Of a stretch of DNA of 64,000 nucleotides, positions 9,331 through 18,507 are shown piece by piece. The notes under the pieces are model-generated. The model was not told the origin of the DNA, did no database searches, and worked only from the letters and a program-made list of their open reading frames with translations. Position 1 is the first letter of the stretch; the number at the start of each line of letters is the position of its first letter. Position numbers and translations under genes: made by a program. Source of the DNA: Bacteroidales bacterium (GTDB lineage Bacteria; Bacteroidota; Bacteroidia; Bacteroidales; F082); assembly GCA_045634185.1 (NCBI GenBank), contig JAZQZR010000015.1:5940-69939 (forward strand), written 5' to 3'.

Positions 9331-10366
9331 AAAAGTTGAACTTATTCTCCCAATCTTTTTTTCCTGAAGAGATTAGGATTTCTATTATTAAAAGAATTAT
9401 TGCAGCTCCAATAAACCATTGGAATTGATCTTCATAATCTGTAAACACTTTAGATTCAATTTCAGATTTTTCAGATTTGTTAATTTCGTTGAATATTTCA
9501 TCGAGGCCAACATTTGAGTTGCTGGCTCTTCTATAGATGCCGTCGCCTATTTCTGCAATTTGTCGTAAAAGGTTGTCATCCAATTTGGTAATAACGATGT
9601 TTCCATCTCTGTCTTTTTTGTAGCCAGTTCTTTTACCATATTGGTTGTAGAGTGGGATTGGGGCACCTTCTTCAAGTCCCATGCCTATTGTATATATCTT
9701 TATTCCTAATTTTGCTGCTTCTTGTGCTGCTTTGATGGCATCGCCGTTGACGTGGTCTTCGCCATCTGAGATTATGACTATTGCCTTGCTATGTTCACTT
9801 GTCCCAAAAGACTTGACAGCCAAATTGATAGCTGCTCCTATCTCTGTACCTTGTGAAGGAATCAAATTTGTGTTAATTGTAGAAAGAAACATTTTTGCAG
9901 CAGCGTAGTCTGTTGTTATAGGTAATTGTACATAAGCGTTACCGGCAAAGATGATGACGCCTATTCTGTCGCCATTTAGTTTGTTTATCAAGTTGTTAAT
10001 GGCTTGTTTTGAGCGTTCGAGACGGTTAGGGGCTATGTCTTCTGCATTCATTGAATTTGAAATGTCAACACAGAAATATAAGTCGATACCTTCTCTTTTT
10101 ACTTCTTCCATCTTTGATCCAGTCTGAAGGTTAGCAGCGGCTATTATACCGAATATTATGACAAACAGGAAGATGACGAATTTTGTGTTGCTTCTTGATT
10201 TAGAAGCCAATGGCACAAGGAAACTTGCAAATTTAGAATCGGCAAATTTCTTGAATTGTCGTTTGTTCAAAATGCGAATCAATATATAGATGGCAATTAA
10301 AATTGGTATTGCCAAAAGCCAATATAAATATTCAGGATGTTCAAATCTTAAAATGTGAGTTTCCAT
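9305..10366 (-). CDS. batB: BatB, von Willebrand factor A domain membrane protein
   Basis: 353 aa with N-terminal TM helices and a VWA MIDAS motif (DISNSM). Confidence 0.85.
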   Translation of the reverse strand: METHILRFEHPEYLYWLLAIPILIAIYILIRILNKRQFKKFADSKFASFLVPLASKSRSNTKFVIFLFVIIFGIIAAANLQTGSKMEEVKREGIDLYFCVDISNSMNAEDIAPNRLERSKQAINNLINKLNGDRIGVIIFAGNAYVQLPITTDYAAAKMFLSTINTNLIPSQGTEIGAAINLAVKSFGTSEHSKAIVIISDGEDHVNGDAIKAAQEAAKLGIKIYTIGMGLEEGAPIPLYNQYGKRTGYKKDRDGNIVITKLDDNLLRQIAEIGDGIYRRASNSNVGLDEIFNEINKSEKSEIESKVFTDYEDQFQWFIGAAIILLIIEILISSGKKDWENKFNFFEPKDENN

Positions 10367-10376
10367 CTTTATAAAA

Positions 10377-11375
10377 TTAATCTGTTAATGATTTGAAAAT
10401 CGTGTTTTTCAATATAAATGCTAATCCTAGCATAATGAGTCCCCAAATTACAAATGGATAAAACTCTTCGTGAAGTCTCTTGTATTCACTTACTTCAATT
10501 TTGGAGCGCTCCATTTTGTCAATTTCGTCATATATCTGTTGTAGTTTTTCTTTAGACTCAGCACGGAAATATTTTCCGCCAGTTTCGTTTGCGATTTGTT
10601 GTAATAATGGCTCGTTGATGTTTACTTCAACTTGTTGATATTTAATGCCTCCGAATGGTGTTTGTACTGGATATGGTGCCGTTCCTCTTGTGCCGGCACC
10701 GATTGTGTAAACTCTTATGCCAAACAGCTTGGCCATTTCTGCTGCTGTTGAGGGGTCAATAGAGCCTGCATTGTTGTCACCATCGGTTAATAAGATTACG
10801 ACTTTTGAAATCGCTTCGCTGTCTTTTAATCTGCTTACAGCAGATGCAAGGCCGTCGCCTATAGCTGTGCCGTCTTCAAGCATTCCACATTTCATGTCTT
10901 TTAACATATTGAGCATCATGCCGTGGTCGGTGGTAAGAGGCACTTGGGTGAATGTCTCTCCGCTGAATACTATCAATCCCATTCTGTCGCCAGGACGTCC
11001 TATGACGAAATCTGATGCTACAGCTTTAGATGCTTCTAATCTGTCTGGCTTTAAGTCAGCTGCCAACATACTGCTGGAAATATCCATCGCTAAAACGATG
11101 TCGATGCCTTCAATGTTGACATTCTGTTTTTTAGTGCTGCTTTGAGGACGAGCTAAAGCTATGATAAACAATGATAATGCGGCCATTTCTAATACGAAGA
11201 CAATATGTCTAAGATACGATTTCCAAGATTTTGGAAGTTTGTCAAAAAATCCAGTGTCTGAAAAACGTACATATGCTTGTTGCTTGTTACAATTGAAAAT
11301 GTACCATACAATAAAAAGAGGTATGATAATCAATCCAAAAAGGAAATGCGGAGATGCAAATTCTAACGAACTCAT
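10377..11375 (-). CDS. batA: BatA, von Willebrand factor A domain membrane protein
   Basis: 332 aa with TM helices, a VWA MIDAS motif (DISSSM) and a C-terminal TM helix. Confidence 0.85.
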   Translation of the reverse strand: MSSLEFASPHFLFGLIIIPLFIVWYIFNCNKQQAYVRFSDTGFFDKLPKSWKSYLRHIVFVLEMAALSLFIIALARPQSSTKKQNVNIEGIDIVLAMDISSSMLAADLKPDRLEASKAVASDFVIGRPGDRMGLIVFSGETFTQVPLTTDHGMMLNMLKDMKCGMLEDGTAIGDGLASAVSRLKDSEAISKVVILLTDGDNNAGSIDPSTAAEMAKLFGIRVYTIGAGTRGTAPYPVQTPFGGIKYQQVEVNINEPLLQQIANETGGKYFRAESKEKLQQIYDEIDKMERSKIEVSEYKRLHEEFYPFVIWGLIMLGLAFILKNTIFKSLTD

Positions 11376-12418
11376 TTTGTTTCCTCCATTTCTTGGTTTT
11401 CAGTTGTTTCTTTTTCAAAATCGTATTTCTTTGCTTTGGCTTCTTCTGCCTTTTTCTTTTCCATTTCTTGATAGAATGAGTAACTGTCTTCAACAAATGA
11501 GTTTATATCGTTGAATGCAGCTTCGTTTTGTGATGGGCTTGGATTAGCTTTTGCAAATTTTACCAAATCAGCAGTTGTAAGAGTGTCCTGTAACTTGGAA
11601 AAAACAGAGTTGTCTAACTGTAATTTTCTTACTTCAGTAAGAATTTCATCGGAAGTCATTTCGACAGCATCAATGTTAAATTGGCCTTCGAGATATTCTC
11701 TTGCAATATCAGTTAAATCAGTATAATATTCTTTAGAATTTCCTGATTGCCAGAGATTTGACTCCTTGAGTTGTGACAGTCTTTCTCTTGCTGTTACAAT
11801 AGCTGGAATTTGTGGCTTGACTTCTTCCTCTTCTATTCTTTCTCTTTTACGGAATTTTTTGATGAGATATATTGCTAATAAAATCAATCCTGCCAGTATA
11901 ATAGCTCCACCAGCATATGGAATCGTTTCTTCAAATGTAATGTTCTGTTTTATAGGTGATTTTATTGGCTTGAATGCCATTGTCGTATCTATAGAAACAG
12001 CTTGCACGTAGATGTCCATGTAGTTGGTGTAGCATGTATGGGAAGTTGTGTCGTTGACCGACTTTGAATATTTTAAGCCGATTTTAGGGATTTCGACGTA
12101 ACCAGTATCAAATGTTGTCATTGTTAAAAGCTGCGACATAATAACATCGTTGCTATTATTAATAGGTGTCTTGGAGATGTCGCTTCTTTTTATCACTTCG
12201 ATACTCTTGCTTAGAGTGTCTTTTAAATCACTCCAGTCGATGATATAATCGCTTGGCATTCTTACGTCTAACTTGTAATTGAAAGTCTGACCTGCAAAAA
12301 TACTGTCCTTGTCGATGCTTCCGTTGGCATAAATGTTTTGTGCAAAACAATGTTTATTTGTTAGAAATAACATTGTAATGATGAAGATTGATTTTATGAA
12401 ACGCAATTTTATTCTCAT
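11372..12418 (-). CDS. Bat-operon membrane protein (DUF4381-like)
   Basis: 348 aa with a signal peptide, one central TM helix and an acidic tail. It overlaps both neighbours (ATGA-type coupling). Confidence 0.7.
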   Translation of the reverse strand: MRIKLRFIKSIFIITMLFLTNKHCFAQNIYANGSIDKDSIFAGQTFNYKLDVRMPSDYIIDWSDLKDTLSKSIEVIKRSDISKTPINNSNDVIMSQLLTMTTFDTGYVEIPKIGLKYSKSVNDTTSHTCYTNYMDIYVQAVSIDTTMAFKPIKSPIKQNITFEETIPYAGGAIILAGLILLAIYLIKKFRKRERIEEEEVKPQIPAIVTARERLSQLKESNLWQSGNSKEYYTDLTDIAREYLEGQFNIDAVEMTSDEILTEVRKLQLDNSVFSKLQDTLTTADLVKFAKANPSPSQNEAAFNDINSFVEDSYSFYQEMEKKKAEEAKAKKYDFEKETTENQEMEETK

Positions 12419-13293
12419 CTTCTTGATTCTCTTTTCTTAAATAACTGCATTAAAGGTTTAACGTAGTCAATGTCTGTGTAAATCAGTGCATTGTCGATAC
12501 CATTGTTGGCAAAAATCTTGTTCAATTTGATGGATTCTGATTGAATGTATTTTTGATAAGCTTCGTTCCATGAGCTCATAGAAGTGTCTACCCATACATC
12601 TTTGTTTGTCTCAGAATCTCTGAATTTCACGAGGCCGACTTTAGGTAAGACAAGTTCTCTTTTGTCGGTTATTCTCAAACAAACCATGTCATGCTTGTTT
12701 GCTGCAATTCTTAATTGTTGGTCGAAAGGTTTTTTAGATATGAAGTCGGAAATTAAGAACGATGTTGTTCTTTTTTTGATAGCGCTTGTTAAGAAGCGTA
12801 ATCCTTCACCGATGTCAGTTCCTTTGTGTTGCGGAGTGAATGTTACAATCTCTCTGATAATACGTAGGATATGACTTGAACCTTTTTTAGGAGGGATGAA
12901 TTTCTCAACTTGATCGCTGAAGAATATCACGCCAACCTTGTCGTTGTTCTGAATTGCTGAAAATGCCAAGACTGCTGCCAATTCAGCAGTGAGGTCTCTT
13001 TTTGAGATATTTACCGAACCAAAGTCGTTTGAACCCGAAACGTCAATAAGCAACATTACTGTCATCTCGCGTTCTTCTTCAAATATCTTTACAAAAGGAC
13101 GGTTGAATCGAGCAGTTACGTTCCAATCAATGTTACGTATGTCGTCGCCATATTGATATTCACGAACTTCACTGAAGGTCATACCACGACCTTTGAAGGC
13201 ACTGTGATACTGACCGGAAAATATATTATTGGTCAAGCCACGTGTCTTGATCTCGATTTTTCTAACCTTTTTAAATAGTTCGTTTGTTTCCAT
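12415..13293 (-). CDS. DUF58 domain protein
   Basis: 292 aa. YQYGDDIRNIDW is the hallmark DUF58 motif. It lies immediately downstream of the MoxR ATPase. Confidence 0.85.
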   Translation of the reverse strand: METNELFKKVRKIEIKTRGLTNNIFSGQYHSAFKGRGMTFSEVREYQYGDDIRNIDWNVTARFNRPFVKIFEEEREMTVMLLIDVSGSNDFGSVNISKRDLTAELAAVLAFSAIQNNDKVGVIFFSDQVEKFIPPKKGSSHILRIIREIVTFTPQHKGTDIGEGLRFLTSAIKKRTTSFLISDFISKKPFDQQLRIAANKHDMVCLRITDKRELVLPKVGLVKFRDSETNKDVWVDTSMSSWNEAYQKYIQSESIKLNKIFANNGIDNALIYTDIDYVKPLMQLFKKRESRR

Positions 13294-13304
13294 GTCTCAA
13301 CAAA

Positions 13305-14297
13305 TCACGGCACTTCTACCATGTTTAAAATTTCGTTGATAATTTCTTCTGTTGTAATGTTCTCTGCTTCAGCTTCGTATGTCAATCCAATACGATGTCT
13401 CATTACGTCTGGTGCTACTGCGCGAACGTCTTCTGGAATAACATAACCGCGGCGTTTGATGAATGCGTAGGCTTTTGCTGCCATTGCAAGGTTTATCGTA
13501 GCACGTGGTGAACCGCCGTAACTGATAAGGTTGGCGAATTTCTTTAATTTATAATCGTTTGGATAACGTGATGCAAATACGATGTCGGTGATGTAGTTCT
13601 GAATCTTTTCGTCGAGATATACTTCACGGCAGACTTTTCTTGCATTCAGGATTTCTTTTGTTGATGTGACAGGTTTTATTTCTGGATAATCCTTGTTTAT
13701 GTTTTGGCGAAGAATAATCTTTTCTTCTTCTTTTTTAGGATAATCGATTATGACCTTGAGCATGAAACGGTCGACCTGTGCTTCTGGAAGTGGATATGTT
13801 CCTTCTTGCTCGATTGGGTTTTGTGTTGCCATTACGAGGAATGGGTCTGGCAATGCAAAAGTGCTCTCTCCAATTGTGACTTGATGTTCCTGCATGGCTT
13901 CAAGCAAAGCACTTTGTACTTTTGCAGGAGAACGGTTGATTTCGTCGGCTAATACGAAGTTAGCGAAAACAGGACCCTTGCGTACTATGAACTCTTCGTT
14001 CTTCTGACTATAAATCATTGTACCGATTAAGTCGGCAGGCAAGAGGTCTGGTGTGAATTGAATACGACTGAAGTCTGCATCAATAATGCTTGATAATGTC
14101 TTGATAGCAAGTGTTTTTGCTAAGCCAGGAACACCCTCAAGAAGAATATGTCCGTTTGATAATAAACCAATTAATAATCTTTCTGTCATGTGTTTCTGTC
14201 CAACAATGACTTTGCTCATTTCAAGATTGATAAGATCAATAAATTGACTTTCTCTCTGGATTCTTTCGTTTAATTCACGAATATCTGTCTCAATCAT
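13305..14297 (-). CDS. MoxR-like AAA+ ATPase
   Basis: 330 aa with Walker A (GVPGLAKT) and Walker B (LADEINR). First gene of the Bat operon. Confidence 0.9.
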   Translation of the reverse strand: MIETDIRELNERIQRESQFIDLINLEMSKVIVGQKHMTERLLIGLLSNGHILLEGVPGLAKTLAIKTLSSIIDADFSRIQFTPDLLPADLIGTMIYSQKNEEFIVRKGPVFANFVLADEINRSPAKVQSALLEAMQEHQVTIGESTFALPDPFLVMATQNPIEQEGTYPLPEAQVDRFMLKVIIDYPKKEEEKIILRQNINKDYPEIKPVTSTKEILNARKVCREVYLDEKIQNYITDIVFASRYPNDYKLKKFANLISYGGSPRATINLAMAAKAYAFIKRRGYVIPEDVRAVAPDVMRHRIGLTYEAEAENITTEEIINEILNMVEVP

Positions 14298-14328
14298 AAT
14301 GTCTTTTTTTGTTATTTATTAATATGTG

Positions 14329-14336
14329 CAAAATTA
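14329..14336 (-). promoter_or_regulatory. Bacteroidota -7 box (TAATTTTG) for the moxR-bat operon
   Basis: The reverse complement of CAAAATTA matches TAnnTTTG and lies about 32 nt upstream of the moxR ATG. Confidence 0.6.
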
Positions 14337-14382
14337 ACAAGATTTTGTCAAATTTATTGCATGCTGACTAACATTTTTGAAA

Positions 14383-14415
14383 AATCAAGGCAAATCGCCA
14401 TGACTTGCCTTGATT
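14383..14415 (-). terminator. intrinsic terminator after the ECF sigma gene
   Basis: 11-bp stem AATCAAGGCAA/TTGCCTTGATT followed by TTTTTC on the minus strand. Confidence 0.7.
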
Positions 14416-14426
14416 AGCAAATGTTA

Positions 14427-14936
14427 TTAGTTAGGACAAAATTCACTTAATTGGTTCATCAGCTTTTTGCGGCTGTAAAAAATTCTGCTTTTTACAGTTC
14501 CTATTGTTAAATGCAAACAATCTGCAATTTCCTTGTATTTATATCCGTCGTTGTACATGTCGAAGGCGCGACGGAAGTCTTCGTCCAACATCTTGATGCC
14601 TCTCTCCAATTCTATTGAATTAATTATTGACTGTGGGTCGGTGTCGGTGTTGATGTTGCTAATGTTCAAATAATAAAGATCTTCACTTTGGTCAATGATG
14701 GTGTTTGCTTTTTTGGTTCTGCGATAATTGTTGATAAAAATGTTTTTCATGATGGTGTAAACCCATGCTTTGAAATTGTTGTGGTTGACATACTTTTCTT
14801 TGTATATCAAAGCCTTGAGGAATGTTTCTTGCATTAGGTCTTTTGCGTCTTCTTCATTTCCTGTCAATTGTCTGGCGAATGCTTCAAGATTTTTCTGAAG
14901 AGCTGTTAAGCTGTTGTTGAACTCGATCGTTGTCAT
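14427..14936 (-). CDS. ECF-type RNA polymerase sigma-70 factor
   Basis: Region 2 (DLMQETFLKA) and region 4 HTH (YKEIADCLHLTIGTVKSRI). I place the start at the internal MTTIEFNN rather than the track start at 15005. Confidence 0.85.
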   Translation of the reverse strand: MTTIEFNNSLTALQKNLEAFARQLTGNEEDAKDLMQETFLKALIYKEKYVNHNNFKAWVYTIMKNIFINNYRRTKKANTIIDQSEDLYYLNISNINTDTDPQSIINSIELERGIKMLDEDFRRAFDMYNDGYKYKEIADCLHLTIGTVKSRIFYSRKKLMNQLSEFCPN

Positions 14937-15100
14937 GATAAATGTTGTTTTTGTGTTTTTAAAATTGATTGTTGTTTGTTGTTGTGCTGCAAAAATAATA
15001 TACAATTTTCTTTTGTCAATACCCTCGAAAGCGGCTTTGAAGGCATGTGCTTATATGTGATTGATTTATTGATAGTTATTAAATGTTAAATAAATGTTAA

Positions 15101-15180
15101 ATTTTAAAAGTAAACGGAAAAATACCAAAAGTTAACGGATTTTAACATAAGTTAACGGAAATTAACATAAGTAATCGGGA
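15101..15180 (+). repeat. Four tandem ~20-bp direct repeats (core AAGTWAWCGGR)
   Basis: Cores start at 15108, 15129, 15149 and 15169, giving 20-21 bp spacing. They sit in the divergent region between the ECF sigma gene and the DUF2520 gene. Confidence 0.8.
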
Positions 15181-15317
15181 TAAAATAAGGCGGTTTTGTG
15201 TCGTTTTTAGACCAAAATATCACATTTTGCTCCGAATTTTAAAACATCCAACATAAATCTATTCTGATACATTAGTAATTGCATTTTTTTTTGTACTTTC
15301 GTAAAAAAATTATTTCA

Positions 15318-16091
15318 ATGATGATTCCATTTGACAAAATTGCTTTGATAGGTTCGGGAAATGTTGCGTATGCTTATAATAAAGCATTGAAAAATAATGG
15401 AATACAACCTTTTTGTATTTATACTCGTTCTTCTGATAAAATTGCTGAAATAGAAGAGAAATTTGGAGTTAAAGCAACTTCAAGTTTTGATACTTTGCTC
15501 GATAGCGATTTGATTATTATTGCAGTGAAAGATGATGCCATTCATGAAGTCTCGCTTAATCTTAAAAATTATAAAGGATTATTGGTGCATACTTCAGGAA
15601 CACAGCCTTCTTCGGTGTTGAGTCACATTGAAAATTATGGCGTTCTTTATCCATTGCAGACATTGACTAAAGATTTTGATGTGGATTTTAAGAAAGTCCC
15701 TCTTTTGATAAATGCTTCATCGTCAATCTATTTGGAAAAAATTAAAATTCTTGCAAAGATAATGTCTGATGTTGTCATTGAATGTAATGATGAAGATAGA
15801 AGATTGATTCATCTGAGCGCAGTCTATGTCTGTAATTTCGTGAATGTAATGCTTCAGATAGGTGATAAACTTCTTGGAGATAAGGGCCTCAATGTTTCAA
15901 TATTTGAGTCTTTGGTAAAGGAAACGGTTGACAAGGCATTTGCTTTAGGGCCAGAAAATGCCATCACGGGTCCTGCTAAACGTGGCGATGTGGAGACAAT
16001 AGAACGTCATAAGAGATTGTTGGAAAATAATCCAGATGAAAAGAAAATCTATGAATTGTTAACGAATTATATAATAAATAAATGTAGATAA
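15318..16091 (+). CDS. Rossmann-like / DUF2520 domain protein
   Basis: N-terminal IALIGSGNVA dinucleotide-binding fold. Start taken at MMIPFD. Confidence 0.7.
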   Translation: MMIPFDKIALIGSGNVAYAYNKALKNNGIQPFCIYTRSSDKIAEIEEKFGVKATSSFDTLLDSDLIIIAVKDDAIHEVSLNLKNYKGLLVHTSGTQPSSVLSHIENYGVLYPLQTLTKDFDVDFKKVPLLINASSSIYLEKIKILAKIMSDVVIECNDEDRRLIHLSAVYVCNFVNVMLQIGDKLLGDKGLNVSIFESLVKETVDKAFALGPENAITGPAKRGDVETIERHKRLLENNPDEKKIYELLTNYIINKCR

Positions 16092-16092
16092 T

Positions 16093-16617
16093 ATGAAAAA
16101 TTATAAAGAACAACTAAAAGATATTACAACTTTTATATTTGATTATGATGGTGTTATGACAAGTGGTGACGTGTTGGTTGATGCTAACGGAGTGCCATTG
16201 CGTAGCACTAATGTTAAAGATGGTTTTGCGCTTCAGCTTGCGGCTCGTCTTGGTTATAATATCGCTATTATTACCGGTGGATATTCTGTTTCAATTGAGA
16301 AGAGAATGGAAATGCTTGGCATTAAAGATGTCTTTGTTCGTTCAGCAAGTAAAGTTGAAGTGCTTCAGAAATATATGGAAACCAAGAATTTGAAGCCTGA
16401 AGAAATTATTTATATGGGTGATGATCTTCCTGATTATCCTGTAATGAAAATGGTCGGCTTGCCTGTATGTCCGGCAGATGCTGTTTCCGAAATAAAAGAT
16501 ATTAGTTTGTATATAAGTCATTGCGGCGGAGGAAAAGGTGCTGTTAGAGATATTATTGAGCAGGTCTTGAAAGCTCAGGATAAATGGATGAAGGATTTTA
16601 CTTTTTATGTTTGGTAA
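16093..16617 (+). CDS. kdsC: 3-deoxy-D-manno-octulosonate 8-phosphate phosphatase (HAD family)
   Basis: 174 aa with the FDYDGVMT HAD motif I and GDDLPD motif. Confidence 0.85.
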   Translation: MKNYKEQLKDITTFIFDYDGVMTSGDVLVDANGVPLRSTNVKDGFALQLAARLGYNIAIITGGYSVSIEKRMEMLGIKDVFVRSASKVEVLQKYMETKNLKPEEIIYMGDDLPDYPVMKMVGLPVCPADAVSEIKDISLYISHCGGGKGAVRDIIEQVLKAQDKWMKDFTFYVW

Positions 16618-16627
16618 ATAAAATATA

Positions 16628-17572
16628 ATGAATAAGATAAAGGCGTTTTTTAAGTTGGTTCGATGGACTAACTTATTGATAATAGCAATGATGATGTGTC
16701 TCGTTAATTATTGCTTGATGTCACCTTTGCATGCATCTGGAATTGTTGGGGCAGTACCATCATCGCCGGCTTTTTTGTTGCTTGTTATCTCGTTGGTTTT
16801 CATAGTCGCTGGCGGCTATGTAATCAATGATTATTTCGATGTTGAAACCGACAAAATAAATAAACCGGATAAACTCATCGCAGGAAATGTCTTTACTGAT
16901 AAAGAATTGAAATTCTTTTATAAGTCGTTGACATTCATAGGCCTGTTGACAGGGTTGATTTCTAGTGTAATGTTGATGGGCGTAAGGTTCGTGACATTGC
17001 TGGCAATATTGTTGTTGCTATCATGTCTTCTTTATTCTTATTCATATATATATAAAAGGAAATTTCTTGTTGGAAATATAATTGTTTCTGTATCAGTTGC
17101 TTTTGCGGTTTTCTTGCCTTGGCTGTTTGAATCATTTCATCTTTCTAATAATGCCTTGATTCTTTCAGCTTGCAAAGAAACAATGATGAATATTCTTCCT
17201 TTTGTATTGATATACACAGCTTTCGCTTTTTTGACAACATTGATAAGAGAAATAGTGAAAGATGCTGAGGATTATAATGGCGATTCGGTAACTAGTTGTA
17301 ATACAATACCTGTTGTTTGCGGAATGTTAAAAACTAAGATAATAGTTGGCGTACTTTCTTTTGTGTTGTATGTTTTTCTAGCTTATTTTCATTGGGTTCT
17401 TGCTAGAATTCAGGCAGATGTAGCCAGATATATATTGATTGTAGCTGAAACACTGGGAATAATGCTTCTGCCAATGCTTTTTAATATAAAAGAATTCGCT
17501 GATTTTCACAGACTTTCTGTCATGCTTAAAATGATAATGGTAGTAGGAATGTTAACAATGTTATTCATATAA
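16628..17572 (+). CDS. UbiA-family prenyltransferase
   Basis: 314 aa, polytopic, with the NDYFDVETDKINKP Asp-rich motif. Confidence 0.85.
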   Translation: MNKIKAFFKLVRWTNLLIIAMMMCLVNYCLMSPLHASGIVGAVPSSPAFLLLVISLVFIVAGGYVINDYFDVETDKINKPDKLIAGNVFTDKELKFFYKSLTFIGLLTGLISSVMLMGVRFVTLLAILLLLSCLLYSYSYIYKRKFLVGNIIVSVSVAFAVFLPWLFESFHLSNNALILSACKETMMNILPFVLIYTAFAFLTTLIREIVKDAEDYNGDSVTSCNTIPVVCGMLKTKIIVGVLSFVLYVFLAYFHWVLARIQADVARYILIVAETLGIMLLPMLFNIKEFADFHRLSVMLKMIMVVGMLTMLFI

Positions 17573-18153
17573 TGTTAGAGAATTTAAAAAAATATAATAT
17601 TATTCTTGCCTCGAAATCACCGAGGAGACAAGAACTTTTGAAAGGTATTGGCTTGCCTTTCTCAATTTTGACTAAAGAAGTCGATGAATCATATTCTCCG
17701 GAAATGCCAGTCTTTGATGTAGCACCTTATTTGAGCTATAAAAAAGCTAAGGCTTTTGAAGAGAATGAACTTCCTGATAATTATATGGTTATAACGGCTG
17801 ATACTGTTGTTATTGTTGGGGATAAGATACTAGGAAAACCAAAGGATTTTGAAGATGCGTGCAATATGTTACGTCTGATTTCTGGAAAAAAACATTCGGT
17901 GGTGACTGGCGTGACAGTTCATACAAAAGAAAAGACCAAGACGTTTTCTGCAACATCTAAAGTTTCGTTCGAGCTTCTTGATGAAGAAGAGATAGAATTT
18001 TACGTTAATACATATAAGCCATTTGATAAGGCAGGATCGTATGGAATTCAAGAATGGATTGGTTATGTTGGAGTTAACAGCGTTGAAGGTTCTTATTTTA
18101 ATGTTATGGGCTTGCCAACGCAGAAGTTGTATCAGATTTTAAAACGTTTTTGA
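17572..18153 (+). CDS. maf: Maf-like nucleoside triphosphate pyrophosphatase
   Basis: 193 aa with LASKSPRR, TADTVV and GAYGIQ-like (GSYGIQ) motifs. Confidence 0.9.
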   Translation: MLENLKKYNIILASKSPRRQELLKGIGLPFSILTKEVDESYSPEMPVFDVAPYLSYKKAKAFEENELPDNYMVITADTVVIVGDKILGKPKDFEDACNMLRLISGKKHSVVTGVTVHTKEKTKTFSATSKVSFELLDEEEIEFYVNTYKPFDKAGSYGIQEWIGYVGVNSVEGSYFNVMGLPTQKLYQILKRF

Positions 18154-18240
18154 TTTTTAATGATGAATAAAAGTCTTTGTCGCTATTTCGAATGACGTCT
18201 TATTCATCTTTGGAAATGTTAAAAGAATGAAATTTATAAT

Positions 18241-18507
18241 ATGTTAAAAAAAGATAACTTTTATTTAGGTTTTATAGCTGCTATAGTGATATTTTTTGTC
18301 ATTTACAGCTTGTTGAATCTTTTTACTGATTTTTCATATTTCTCGAGAGATCGTGATTCTCTTTGGGTTTACATGTTGTCAATAATCCCGACTTTGTTGT
18401 TGTCACGTTTTATGCTTGTGAAATGGGGTATGGAAAAAACAGGTAGAGGGATGATGTTCGTTTCTTTGTTGGGTGTTTTATTTATAATGTATTGGGTGTT
18501 GAAATGA
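18241..18507 (+). CDS. small membrane protein (3 TM helices)
   Basis: 88 aa and hydrophobic. Its stop overlaps the lpxB start (ATGA). Confidence 0.5.
   Translation: MLKKDNFYLGFIAAIVIFFVIYSLLNLFTDFSYFSRDRDSLWVYMLSIIPTLLLSRFMLVKWGMEKTGRGMMFVSLLGVLFIMYWVLK

Noticed and set aside
14937-15005. N-terminal extensions of track ORFs: the sigma factor to 15005, DUF2520 from 15279, lpxB from 18492, the nucleosidase from 23581, the OlsF-like gene from 45224, the NDK-like gene to 56955, and the amylase from 56921
   Set aside because: The extensions overlap -7 promoter boxes or upstream genes, or consist of stutter or low-complexity sequence. The internal Met codons give N-termini typical of each family.
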